Shown in pieces: positions 39,151-52,665 of a stretch of 64,000 bases of DNA (the first letter of the stretch is position 1; every line of letters begins with the position of its first letter). Origin of the DNA: Mytilus californianus (taxonomy: Eukaryota); assembly GCF_021869535.1 (NCBI RefSeq), contig NW_026262690.1, positions 57,598,001 to 57,662,000 on the forward strand, given 5' to 3'. The translations under genes and the position numbers were made by a program. Below the pieces are notes generated by a model. It saw only the letters and a program-made list of their open reading frames with translations, was not told where the DNA came from and made no database searches.

Positions 39151-40977
39151 CAGAATTTTTGGAAATATAAATAAATGGTGAATAAAGTTATATTCGCTAC
39201 CATAAAAGTTCTTCAACCGATGTCAACCGTTGTTTTATATGTACATGTTTCATTTTTCCAATGCAATCCATGAATTGCTAATGAATGAAGAATTTCATGT
39301 GAAGTTATAATCAGATAACTCAAAATTACTTGTAATAGTATCTGTGTATGCGTGTTATATGAATGTGATGACTTAAATATAATGCATGGAAGCCAGAATA
39401 CAATTATACTCCAACATCGCAACTTTTTCTTTTCCCCGAATGTTACCGTACTTACCTAGACTTTTCACGGTATTTGTTCTTACATGAGCAACTCTACGGG
39501 TGTCACATGTGGAGCAGGACCTGCTTACCTTCCAGAGCACATGAGATCACCCCCGTTTTTTGGTGGGGTTTAGTCTTTCGATTTTTAATGGAGTGTGTTG
39601 TATACCGTTGTTTGTAATTTGGTCATTTTCTTTTTTGTGAGCTTTTTTTTCGAATTATGAGTTTAGATATCCTTTTGGTATATTTCGCCTCTCTTTTCCT
39701 TTACACCCAATATCATGACAGTGGTTACAAAGCAACTTTTCGAAATCAATTTTATTTTGAACCAGTAGTCCACATCTTCTACATTAAAGTACATTACATT
39801 TTGATGTTGATGTAACTGTGTCCTAAAACTATTACAATGTCATAATATAAATTACATTGTTTCAACTACAACCGCACGCCAATGATTATCACGAAAGACT
39901 GTTGATTGGATAAAAGTGATGGATTGCCACGTCTACATAAAACTGAGGTCCTATGAACAGATAGCTGTCAATATGGGGAAAAAATATTCCAAACGGATAT
40001 ATTTAGAGATTCAGTTGGGAACTAGTGTTCGATATTCAAAAAAACGTTTACATATATTGTTGTGTGTTTGTTTATTCTACATTGGCTAGAGGTATAGGGG
40101 AGGGTTGAGATCTCCCAAAACATGTTTAACTCCGCCGCATTTTTGCGCCTGTCCCAAGTCAGGAGCCTCTGGCCTTTGTTAGTCTTGTATGTTTTTTTTT
40201 AATTTTAGTTCATTTATGTTTCAGAATTAGTGTGAAGTCCATTTTCACTGAACTAGTATATTTTTGTTTAGGGGCTGTCTTCTGCTCTTTGGTCGGTTTG
40301 TTGTCTCTTTGACACATTCCCTATTTCCATTCTCAATTTTATTACATAGTCATAATTGATATCTTTAACTATTTCAGTAATAAAATTGTTTAGTTACGTT
40401 GAACATGAAATTGTAGATTAAGTGTCGGACGTCAAGTAACCCCCTCCCCCCTCTTTTTTTCCAGACATTCCACCTAAAGAAATACAAAAATCTGCAAGTT
40501 TTGTGATATTATAAGAATTGCAAATATTTAACAAAGCTCTGTTCTAGAGTTCAGTTTATTTAAATTTTCAGTAATTAAAATCAAACAAAAATATTTTACA
40601 CAAATTCGTTTTCAGACACGTAAATTGATAAAAGTTACTAGCTGGTCTGGATTTTAATAGAAAATAGCCAATGAAATGCATAAATATCTTGTGTCATGGG
40701 TCTCGCAAGGACTGTCTTACTTAATAGGGATGCTTATGCGGCACATCAAAGACAAGATTAGTTTTCAACCAGACATTTACCCATTGTACATTAGAATGTA
40801 CCACAGAACTTTAATGCATTTACCTCTTATCTTGTCGACTTTGAAGCCCGTCAGACAGCTGGCTTAAATCCACAGAAGAGACTTTGATAAAATTTGAAAT
40901 ATCTATAACTCTTAGTTTTCACGGGAACGAAGTTTTTGCAACTACGCAGTTATGATTAGATCATCAACGAAGCAATA

Positions 40978-43389
40978 CTGTGGATTCATTTATTTTCGTG
41001 GGTATCAATTTTCGTGGATAGACGTATAAGTAAATTCGTGGATCGCTGATTACAAAAAAAAAAATTCAGATACGTAATTCGTGGATTTCTTTTTGATTTA
41101 GGAGATCATATAACCTCCTTGGTTTGATCAATAATAAAACAAACAAAAAAGAAGGAATTCATTGAAAAAGTTTTGAATTGTCAAAATCCTCGCTTGGTCA
41201 TTCTAGGTTAAAGTGTTCATTGAAAACTTCTATACAATAATGGACAGAGACAGCTAATTATTTGTTTCTTTTACAATTTATAAATTCTTGTCGGAATTAT
41301 ATAAGACATTCAAAACTCTATGATTGAAAGCTCATTTCCCTAATCATGATATAATAAACAGTCATATAAGTAATAGTTATACACCGAGGGATAGGTGTCT
41401 GGACTTCTTATCCAGACACACCGTATCCCGAGTTGTATAACTAACTTACACCCCATTCTAAACCCTATATTTGTTAACATTGATTATTAAATGAAAAAAA
41501 AAAAAAACGATAGCATATTTATTGATAATATCAAACCATGATTTATAAGAATATTTTTTGTTACATGAAACCCCACTAGTAACCTTTCTTTGGTATCTTC
41601 GTTCAAACTTTGACAAGTGAGTATATTTTACAAATGTCAAGTTGTTTTGTATATTCCCGTTAAATCCATGTGCTAATATGGATCAGCAGGTCAAGGTTGA
41701 ATGTTTCGTGTATTCTTATTACCGGCACAAACAAAAAAAATACATCATGCTCCTGGTATACAGTTGTCAATATGGACGGTTATAAGACGGGCGACATTTT
41801 GTGGCAAGCGTTGGATTTGGTAGAAGAGACTAAAGATAAAGGCAATATTATAACCCAAAGTACTTACCTGACAGTATCAGTCTAATAAAGGTAATCATAA
41901 CTGTATTTTATATCTTACGATTTTATAAAAAACAAAAGCCCCCCTCCCTCATATCGAGAATAAACAAACATTCATATTCGAACATACTAAGGAATAGGTG
42001 TGTCTGCATTAGAAACCCGACTACAAGACACGCTCAACATACAATATTTAAAATTGAGGAACTCCCTTTTTTTAGGGACAATCAGGGGCTGATCCAGCCG
42101 GAAAGAGAAAAAAAAAGGGGAGGGGGTCCAACCATTCAAATGCATTGATCTTTTAAATAAAAGTCGGGTCCAACCAGCGGAACCCCCAACCTCAGATCGG
42201 CCACTGGGTAACCGGGGGAGGGGGTCCGGGAGTTAGAATCCCATTTTCTTTTTTTAAAGATGAATGCTTTAGAATAGAGACATATGACTGGGATAAAAAA
42301 AAATTACCTTCAAGCAAAAAAGTATTTAAAGGATTATTTTTGTATACCATATAGATACTTATTGGAATTTCAAAAAATGTTTTTTTTTTTAATATCATGA
42401 AACAATTTGTAGTGAACACTATTAGTAATTTCTTATGTTCATAATCAATTTCCATTGTTACGAATAACAATGGACTTTGTTTGCGGGATGTAGAAGCAGG
42501 GTTTCCAAAAATCCCGCTCGTCACATCCTGTGGTCAAAATCCATTGTTATTCGTAACAATAGATCTATTCAATTTACACTTGTTTCAGAAATAGAAACTA
42601 TGAAGTATAACAATAGAACTGGGGTGTAAGTAAAAGGTGTGAAAATAAATGTTCCTGTCATAAACAATATTACCTACGGGCAATATCCCCGTACTTAGTA
42701 TTTGTACTCATTTATTTGTATTGTGGTCCTGTCATGTGATGTTGTCGTTTTGGTGTTGTGTTTGACGTTGCCATAAAAGCGGGAGGGATGGCATGCCACA
42801 AAACCAGGTTCAACCCACCATTTTTTTCTTAAAATGTCCTGTACCAAGTCAGGAAAATGGCCATTGTTATATTATAGTTCGTTTCTGTGTGTGTTACATT
42901 TTAATGTTGTGTTTTTGTTGTGTCGTTGTTCTCCTCTTTAATTTGATGCGTTTCCCTCAGTTTTAGTTTGTAACTCGGATTTGTTTTTATCTCTATCGAT
43001 TTATGAGTTTCGAACAGCGGTATACTACTGTTGCCTTTATTTAGTCCTATTGATTTTTATTCACCAGTAAACCAAACTATGACACGATAATTGACAACTT
43101 GCAACAGTTTTAATCAATTTTAAAAAGTAAATTATCACTGATATTCGATATTTTTATTATTGATTTAATCAAAATACTTGTATCTTCTTTCTATAAAAAC
43201 ACGTGTTATGTTACAATGTTTATCGCTAGTCAACACTATACTAGAACTGCATAACATAACCGGAAATAAACATCCGAATCCATACACATTTCTCGGGATT
43301 ATTCTTCGGTGAATTCTTAAATTCGTGGTTCGCTGTGACCCACGAAACCCACGAAAATTGGTATACCACGAATAAAAATGAATCCACAG
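40978..43389. mobile_element. TA-flanked TIR element (CTGTGGATTCATT...AATGAATCCACAG) expanded by nested insertions
   Basis: TA at 40976-40977 and 43390-43391; inverted subterminal ttttcgtgg/ccacgaaaa repeats; interior holds other repeats at about 42082-42206 and 42710-43045. Confidence 0.65.
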
Positions 43390-46300
43390 TATTAGAAATT
43401 AAACGCAAAGGCCGAAACAAGCTCTAACTCATAATGAAGAAAATGTGAACCGTCTTGAAGCAAGAAAGTCTCCTCATGTATCTGAATTTTTGTTTGTGGA
43501 CAGCTCAGTGGACAGATGTTGCTGGTAGATAAAGTTGCACCAACTTTAAACAATGTAGGGTCTACAGAGAAATGACGATTTAAGGGTTCGAGGTATGTAT
43601 TATTTGAATAGAAATATTATCTATGTAGGATATTTGCTGTCATTTCAGCTTTATTCAAATCAATTATGTATATTTTGTTGTTTTATAATTTTTTTTTCAC
43701 CTCCCCTCCTGAAATCAATTATTCTTTTTCAAGAAATTTAGATTCAATAGAATATTTTAAAAACGTGGCAAACTATTGTAAAAAAAACATATACTTTGCA
43801 GTGTTCTGTTATTTTTTGGGGGGTAATTTTCATGCCGACAAGGCAATAGTAACTAGCAACACATTCTAAACATCAACAATTTATTCCCTGGGTCGTCATA
43901 TTTTAATGATTTGGAAGAGCTCTGAAAGAAAAGAGATAATGAAATGTCCGTCTACCAAGTGCAGAAAAACCTCCACCAAATGTATTAGATATGCAAATTG
44001 CTAGATACATTATCTGGTTTCTTTCCATATTCCAAACATTTCGCATTATTTAAGCATTTTCGTTGTGTTAGAGGTAAATTTGATGATACATTTTGCAAGA
44101 TATTAAAATTTATATTTTAGGGTGAAGAAGATATCGTTTTTCCTTAATTGCACAAACCACGACTGGACTAGAGAGATTGACCTGTTAGTTACTGCTGGAA
44201 AAGAGTCAACGTTAATGAATCGACATGCCCAACACTTGCAAGAGTAATTTCAGCAGCGTTTGTGAAACAAATTTCAGCTTTTGTGAAAAATCATCATTCG
44301 CTGTTGTCCGATATTTCAACTTTAAAGTGATTTACAGTTCAGTTGCTTGCAACTATTGTCAGCAAAATTAATACACAGAGAGGAAGCATATCCTGTATTT
44401 CGGAACAGAAAAGGAGCTTAAAATATTTCCTGACAAAGTGATAATTGATAAAGCCCGTGAAATACATTTGTCCATCAAATTAATTTGATTATAAAAATAG
44501 AAAATTGTGCACTCAGAATAGTGCATAGCAAATAGTGATGATATTAGAATTTTTCATTGTTTAAAGACAAATTTTCTAATGGTCTGAAATCGGAAAGCGG
44601 CTTTGGCGATAACTTGAAATATAGATTTAGATTTTGTTTTTTTCTTTAATAGCAATTTCAATGTATATTTATATGTTATCAACAATAAATTTATGTAGAA
44701 AGTACACAAATGAAAGAATTTGGCTAATGTAATAATTCTATTTTAAGTTGTTTTGTATTGCAAATTGTTTTTTCATGAAAAAAATAGTTTTGGAAAGGCG
44801 GAATCTTCTAAAGTCTACTGCATGATACTAAGAATACTGAATTGGAAACATATCATCACTATCAAGGTACACACCTCTTTATGATGCATAGGCAAATGAA
44901 AATATTTATCCTTATTTTGATTGATTGTTAACTTTCCTCGTTATATTTGTCATTGTCGATATTTCATATTTGGTATGCACATTAATGTGATTGCATAATT
45001 AAATATCCGTTTCTTTCATCTGTTTTTTGTTGTCAAAGGTTAATTTTTTTCCTTCAACAAGTGACCACATCATTATAAATTTGGGCGCCCAGTAACATGT
45101 TTAACCCCCTTCATTATTTATGTGCCTGTCCCAAGTCAGGAGATTGTATATTCAGTGGTTGTCGTTTGTTGCTGTGTAACATATCTTGTAGTCGTTTTTT
45201 GGTTTTGTACATAATTCAGGCTTTTGTTTTCTCGTTTAAAATGCTTTGTATTTTGTTATGTCGAGGCCTGTTATGGCTTGCTATGCAGTATTGGCTTGCT
45301 TATTGGTGAAGGCTTTACGATGACCTATAGTTGCTATAACATCTACGTCATTTGGTCCCTGGTGGAAAGTTATCTCATTGACAATCATACCACATCTCCC
45401 TATTTCATATTGTACTTATACCAAATAATAAAATGACTGTTTAAAATTCCATAAGCTGAAAAGCTTTCAACTTGTATACAGCAAACAGTTATATAAAAAG
45501 CTAAGACCATGTGCAGCTATTTTTTTTGAAATCGAACCCTTTCCCTCCAGGGATTATATAAAAAAATTCTTTCAATTTGATGTTTAAAATCAAACAATTT
45601 TTGCAAAAAAAAATTAATTCTTACATCTCAACATCTGTTTGACCGATGCGAGTCAAACATATTTTTGTTCGTTATAAATTACACCAAAGACTTTCTTTAT
45701 TCAAAGAATAAGTTCGAAAGTACATAAATATTACCAATCCACCATGATAAAGAAGGTTTATAATGTAATGTCTTTCGGATTCAAATTATTAAATTTGGTT
45801 AGCGATGCAAAATTTTACAAAAACATCCGGCGAAAACAATATTTGTTTTATCTAACACTTTTTTGTCCATGACAGATATCATGAGTTTTTAGTAAAGATT
45901 GACATTTAAGACTCTAGTGTGAAATGAATTGCCTCTTTTACAAATGAATATTCGTGCACGTAGAGAAAATGTATAAATTACAATCGACAAAGGCACGTTT
46001 TTACTGACTTTTATGAAAAAGAGAACTTTCCATTTATACACAATATATTTTCAAGCAAGTACAATGTTATCTTACATGCATACAACTCCTCTGAAATCAA
46101 TGGATCTCGTAAAATTTACGACTCCAGATTATCTTTCACAGTTGATTAATATTTGAAACATCGGTACTAAATATGTTATGCCGGAAGAAAGTAAAATAAC
46201 AAAAATACCGAACTCCAAGGAAAGTTCAAAACGGAGAGTCCCTTATTAAATGGCAAAATCAAAAGTACCGAGCCACACCAAAGGGATATTACTAAAAATG

Positions 46301-46503
46301 ACCTAAAAAGTAAATGTGATAATTTACAAAGACAAAATGAAAGAACACTATAACACGTAATTAAGATGATAAACAACGTCAGTACCTAGAATCTATACTT
46401 CAACACCATCATGCATTATTTGCGAAGTTGATACGGAATATTTATCAACAAGGTCTTGGTATCTCCCGATGAACTTTTATAGATGATGTTCTCTCACTAA
46501 ATA

Positions 46504-47439
46504 GAATCATGTGCAAAACTGTGTAGCCGAGACCATTGATTGGCGCGCTAAAATATCCCATTGACTGGGTCAGATTAGGTGAACGTTCGTCTGTAACGCC
46601 CACAACTCACGACGTATTTATTACAGACATTTAAACTGTGGGGTCACCAAAGGGTCTCAACGCCTAAATAAAATAATTCGAAAAACTAATCAGGAATAAC
46701 CTTTGTGTTTTGATTTATGTTGAATACTAAAATGTTCTTTACTTGTGTTTTTGTTATGTTTTGTTAATGAATTTTTATGATATCGGACGTTCTTTTCAGC
46801 AAAAAAGGATTTAACTGGCTTTAAAAGTTACAATGGATGTGTTGATTATTATCTTTTTTTTCGGACGTCAAAGCGATTTAACAATTGCGGTTGTCCAATT
46901 ATGTCATCTTTAAACTTTTATCTGGTCAAAATATTATTTTAGAACGAATGCATGATCAACTTTAAAAAGTGTGCAAACACAAAACAAATAGACAAAATAT
47001 ACTTCTTTCCTGTCTTTTTCGTACTTGCAAGTTATTAGACAGTAAAAAGGCTATTTGGATCAAGCCTTGTGAAATTTGCATTACGTTTTTGAAAAGGTAA
47101 AATGTATAGTTTGGTGATCTTTTCTGCTAACTACTTTACTTGTGAAAAACCCTTGGCAACAGAAACATATTCAGCTTTTTTTTAATCGACCCAATTTACA
47201 TAGTAATGAACGACTTCGTACATTTTATGATCGCAAATAAAATATGTATATAATATACTGTGCACTGTAGTTCGTATATATACTGAGACCCTTTGGCAAC
47301 CCCATAGTTTAAATGTTTATAATAAATACGTCGTGAGTTGTGGGCGTTACAGACGAACGTTCACCTAATCTGACCCAGTCAATGGGATATTTTAGCGCGC
47401 CAATGAATGGTCTCGGCTACACTGTTTTGCACATGATTC
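46504..47439. mobile_element. 936-bp MITE with TIRs of about 190 bp and TA TSD, inserted into a PLE RT
   Basis: GAATCATGTGCAAAAC...GTTTTGCACATGATTC; removing it and one TA restores YIDDVLSLNNTKFGDY. Confidence 0.9.
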
Positions 47440-47440
47440 T

Positions 47441-48188
47441 AATACAAAATTTGGTGACTATGTTGAACGAATCTATTCCACCGAACTAGAGATAAAGGAT
47501 ACTACAGATACAGTTAAGTCTGGCTCGTATCTTGACTTACATCTAGAAATTGACAATGAGGGTAGGTTGAAAACAAAACTTTACGACAAAAGAGATGATT
47601 TCAGCTTCCCAATTGTGAACTTTCCATTTCTATGTAGCAACATTCCAGCAGCGCCTGCATACAGAGTATATATCTCCCAATTGATACGATATTCCAGGGC
47701 TTGTATTTCCTATCATGATTTCCTTGATAGAGGATTGCTGCTCACAAGGAAGCTATTAAACCAAGAGTTCCAAATGGTGAAGTTGAAATCATCCCTTTGT
47801 AAATTTTACGGACGCCATCACGAGTTGGTTGACCGTTATGGAATAACCGTTTCACAGATGATATCGGATATGTTCCTTATGTCATAACTACAATACCCTT
47901 CCCTTTTCACGAATGTGACCTACCGAATTAGACTATTTACCATATTTGTAATAACATAAGCAACACGACGGGTTCCACATGTGGAGCAGGATCTGCTTAC
48001 CCTTCCGGAGCACCTGAGATCACCCCCAGTTTTTGGTGGGGTTCGTGTTGCTTAGTCTTTAGTTTTCTATGTTGTGTCATCTGTACTATTATTTGTCTGT
48101 TTGTCTTTTTATTTTTGGCCATGGCGTTGTCAGTTTGTTTTCGATCTATGAGTTTGACTGTCCCTCTGGTATCTTTCGTCCCTCTTTT
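47441..48188 (+). mobile_element. PLE RT C-terminus and 3' UTR (young copy, frame open to the stop at 47887)
   Basis: NTKFGDYVERIY...KTKLYDKRDDFSFPIVNFPFLCSNIPAAPAYRVYISQLIRYSRAC...SDMFLMS then stop, followed by about 300 bp of UTR with hairpins; no endonuclease domain after the RT. Confidence 0.9.
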
Positions 48189-48440
48189 AGAAAAAGGACG
48201 AGACGTTCTTTGACATGACCCTAGTTCATCAACTTTCTGCTCAAACACTGGTGACGTTTTATAAAGTCTGAGTAGCAGCTGCAAGCTCTTGAATACCGAA
48301 TGAGTTGGGAAATGTATATCCCATATGCAGGTGAAGTTCGTATATTGCTACTAAGGTGGGGGAAATTGATAATTTCGTTTGTCAGAGATTCTGGTACTGA
48401 GATGACCGCTTATGTCAAATTCGAGGTATAAGTCGAAAAT
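48189..48440 (-). mobile_element. Fragment of a second, divergent PLE family
   Basis: Minus strand reads DLYLEFDISGHLSTRISDKR...IINFPHLSSNIRTSPAYGIYISQLIRYSRACSCYSDFIKRHQCLSRKLMN: same motifs, different sequence. Confidence 0.8.
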
Positions 48441-48789
48441 GAGGAAGAGGACGCCGTGTCTGTTGTTTCTTTAATTTCTAGTTCTGGAGGATATTTTAGT
48501 GGCACTCTTTTTTGTGCATCGATCTTTTTCCTATTTTGGAAGAGGAACGCATTTTTTTAAAAATAAAATGTTTAACTAAATATCTTGAAAAATGCATTGC
48601 TTGTTTTGAAATTGAATGGAAAAAGTATCGAGATGACGATCAAAAGACGGTTGTCAATCAATTTAAGAAGGCGGGACAAACGCGAACATTGGTATCCAAT
48701 GATTGGTCCACTGTACAAAGTGTTGTAGAACGACGATGCTCAAACACATCGAATGACATGGTCATAAATCAATGACAATGTTGTATAAA

Positions 48790-50058
48790 TGTTCCAGACC
48801 ATATGAGTATTTGGACCGTACGCGTACGGTCGGACTGTTCGCGTACGGTCTGCCTAATTTTAAGAAGTTGGTCAAGTTTATTAGATACAAATGTATATTA
48901 CAGATCAACATAACTGAAATCTCGAATAAATATAAAAATTTCAATTGCAATTGAAATAAAAAACTTAATATTTTAAATATTTAAAAAAGTCACGTTAATT
49001 TAATCTGTTAATCTCCTGCATTTAGCATGTCACTAATACATGAAATTGAATTGTGCTCACTGAAATTGAAGTTATCGGGAGTAAACATGATGTGGGAAGA
49101 AAAGTTTTTTAAAATATTTAGGAACTTTACTACAAAAACTGCCAAACCAGCTGTTTACTTGTGGGAAGACTGATAGAATTAAAAATGTTTTGATAAACGG
49201 GAAAAGTGAGTCAGCTAGACACGCAAAATTGAAACTGCACATTAGAAAACAGAAAGAATTTCATTGCATGCTACCGCAAAACAAGCAAGTTTTTCTGATG
49301 CTAGCAATAGATGCAAATACAAAGGAACATGCATGAACAAAACATGTAAATGTAACATCTGACGTTCTTTGTGGCAGCAAGTGTCATCCTGGGCGAGAGT
49401 GCCAACATATGATTCAGATAGACAATTAAATAAATATTTAATTTCAATTGTTTGAATGTTTTCTTATTCACTTTATTCGTCTAATTATAATAATATCAAT
49501 TTTTAAAACTCAATAAAAGATTTCGATAAATGTTTGTCTAAAATTAACCCATATGATCTAAATACATGTATGATCCAGCTCGTACTAGACCGTATGAGTA
49601 TATTCATACGGTCCGACCGTACGCGCATGGTCAGACCGTACGAGTATACGCATACGGTCCGGACCGTACGCGTACGGTCCAAATACGCATACTATTGTTT
49701 CAGATAAGGGTGAAGGTTTGGTACCATTAAAACGTTTAAATCCGCTGCAATTGTTTGCACCTGTCCTAGGTCAGGAATCTGATGTTCAGTAGTTGTCGTT
49801 TGTTGATGTGGTTCATAAGTGTTTCTCGTTTCTCGTTTTTTTATATAGATTAGACCGTTGGTTGTCCCGTTTGAATGGTTTTACACTAGTAATTTTTGGG
49901 GCCCTTTATAGCTTGCTGTGCGGTGTGAGCCAAGGCTCCGTGTCGAAGACCGTACTTTGACCTATAATGGTTTACTTTTATAAATTTTGACTTGGATGGA
50001 GAGTTGTCTCATTTGCACTCATACCACATCTTCTTATATCTATATATGGTCTGGAACA
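48790..50058 (+). mobile_element. Non-autonomous Ginger-type (TGT...ACA) DNA transposon with 4-bp TSD
   Basis: TAAA then TGTTCCAGACCATATG ... TATGGTCTGGAACA then TAAA; GACCGTACGCGTACGGTC palindromes in the TIRs; decayed Cys cluster RCKYKGTCMNKTCKC...CGSKCH at about 49308-49408; right TIR split by a repeat at about 49692-50042. Confidence 0.78.
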
Positions 50059-51571
50059 TAAACAACAAAAGGGGCTACTACATAATCACGATTGTGTAAT
50101 CTTTATTTAAAATAAAGTTGAAATTGACAAGTAGCTTTGCAACCACGGTCATGATGATAGGTGTATTAGACTTTTGTTTCCATAAGTTATGTGGAAAATA
50201 AAAAGCAAGCTTCTATAATACAAAGGAACAAGTTTACCTGATTTTCAGGAAAAGGCGCGACAGAAACGGGAAGATATATAGTTTACATTGTGCCGTTTGT
50301 TTTCGCATTAACATATATACTCTTAGATTTTTCTTAGAGTTTATTTGCAAATGTATTTTGTATGGACTTTTGTAAACTTATATCTCCCAACTCTAGAAAT
50401 TCTGTAATTCACAAATATTTTTTTATAGATACTTAGATGCAGTGACGTATAAAAATTGTAATTGAAGTTGTGTAATCTACAAGTTTCTCCCTTACAGATC
50501 TTTTTGTTTCCGTATTGTCAATGATTACTTACAATTCCTGGCGGGTGTTCATAAACAAATAAATAGTTTTCTGCTTCATTTTCCAGCATTTGTTGTACCA
50601 GCTATTTAGAATAAGACATGTAATAGTGCGAGCGAGTCATGGTATTCTATGGGCACATGTTTTTGTTAAAGATTTAATTTCAGTATTTGATATACTGTAA
50701 ATTTAGGAAATTTTTTAATGTTTTAATTATTTTGAAAATTGTGACAGGAGAGTTTTCTCAACAATAGAAGCTTCCAATGTTATAGCATTATGTTATGCAG
50801 CATTTTTTTAAATTGCAATAATGTAATCTCTCATTGTCCACTTATCAACAATAATCAGTGGCGGAGGATTTTGAAAATGAACATTCTGCAAAACAAAATG
50901 CAGGAAATAAATATTGAACTGTGTACAAAAGCTGGGTCTTTTACACGAATATTGGTGTCAACAGACCTCAACAGATGAGGAGGAATAACAATCCTAAAAA
51001 CAATTCCTTCTGACATTATCTCTATTTGACCATTCTACTGGGAAAATTCAAACATGCGTAATATGTCGATTGATTTGTAAATCAAATGACTGATAATATG
51101 GTTTTTTTCCCAAACACAGAGTTATCTTTTAACATGATGCATTCAATTCACTTTTAATATGTTGAAAGATATTTACCTCTTAAAATCAAAACATTGAAAC
51201 ACCTTCTTGATTTTTAAAGTAAAAAATCGGCGGTGTCTGCATTTATTTTAGAATCAATTATATTTTGATTACAAATATTGACTGTTTCATTGTTTTCCTC
51301 ACATTAAGTTTTTCTATCGTACAAATTTGATTACAGATTGTTTTGGAGTTTCTGCATTATTGGGGAAAACTTCTGTGTTGACATGAATTATAATTGATAT
51401 AGTAAAAATTTTTAAATCAATTTTTTTATAAAAATTTGAATTTTTCGAAATTATATGTTTTTCTACCCCAGGAATATATTACTTTAGCTGTATTTGGAAA
51501 AATCTTTCGGGTCCTCGATCAATGCCATTCAGCTTCGTACTTACTTTGGTCTTTTGAACGTTTTGATTCGA

Positions 51572-51615
51572 GCGTCACTAATGAGTCTATTGTAGGCGAA
51601 ACGCGCGTCTGGAGT
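51572..51615 (+). ncRNA. Hammerhead ribozyme copy with G5A core substitution, in a retrozyme-like repeat at about 51430-51652
   Basis: gcgtca-CTAATGA-gtc(tattgta)ggc-GAAA-cgcgcg-TC-tggagt; fold retained, CUGAUGA changed to CUAAUGA. Confidence 0.8.
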
Positions 51616-52665
51616 ATAACATTTTATTCCTGGTATGTATGATGAGTTAGTTTAACCCTCTCCGAATTCGGGTTTGTGACAAAAACAAATAAAATTGAGT
51701 TGGAGTTTTCAGAAAATTTTTTCTCACATGATTTGTATATGATTCTACAGATATTTAAAGGGCCAGGGTCACATTGCACAATTCGGATTATTTCCAAAAG
51801 ATAATTTTACTGAAAAGAGGCGACTCAAATTCTTTTTTTAATTTATGTTATAGTTGAGTCGATGTTTCCTTTTCATATATCCCACATCTCTTTAAAAGCT
51901 TGGAATTCAAGTTCCTTAATGGTATGTTCTATGGAAGGTCTTAAATAAACAACAATGGCCGTGTAAAGCATGACTGTTGATAAATTAATTCAAACTGAAA
52001 ACAAAACAGCATACGCATTCAACTATTCATCCTAGCAAAAATAAGTTAGATGTATAATACCCTACTTTATTCATAAATATCTATTTACATTGCCATTTAT
52101 AGTAATCCCTAATAGAAACTCATAGAAAACGACCTTTTGAAAACTTTGAAAATAACAAACGATTATGTTATCATATTCTTAATTTAACCCTTTCACAATA
52201 ATTATTGTAAAAAGAAAGTGAATAACAATAGAAACATAAAACATTTTCATAGATTATACAATTCTGCAAAAAATGTAAAAAGGAATGAAATAAAAATGGA
52301 TTATTCAACATTCCTTAACGCGCATCTGTCGTAACAAATTATAAGCCTGGTATTTTTATTTTTTTGTTTTCTATACAGCAATTCATATCAGTAAGGTTGG
52401 TGGTATTGTTGGTTAGACTATTTGTTTTGCCGTTTTAGACAGTTTTTTTGGTGCATGTTTTTGATGAGAATATATTTCAATTTTGAAACGGGGATTCATC
52501 TTGAAGCCATAAACAAAGTATTTTTTATAATTAATTACAAATTGAAATTATACCACGTCTTATCCTGATAACTAATAATCCTAGTAGCAGAGAGCGAACT
52601 ATTTGAATAATATAATAGCTGTATCACAATTTATTTTTTGATTTAACTGAACTACTTAATCACAG

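Noticed and set aside
43930-44340. Exon-like segments in intron 2 of the Cys-rich gene (acceptor near 44121)
   Set aside because: The phase-1 reading hits an immediate TGA; no family cysteine pattern and no good donor.
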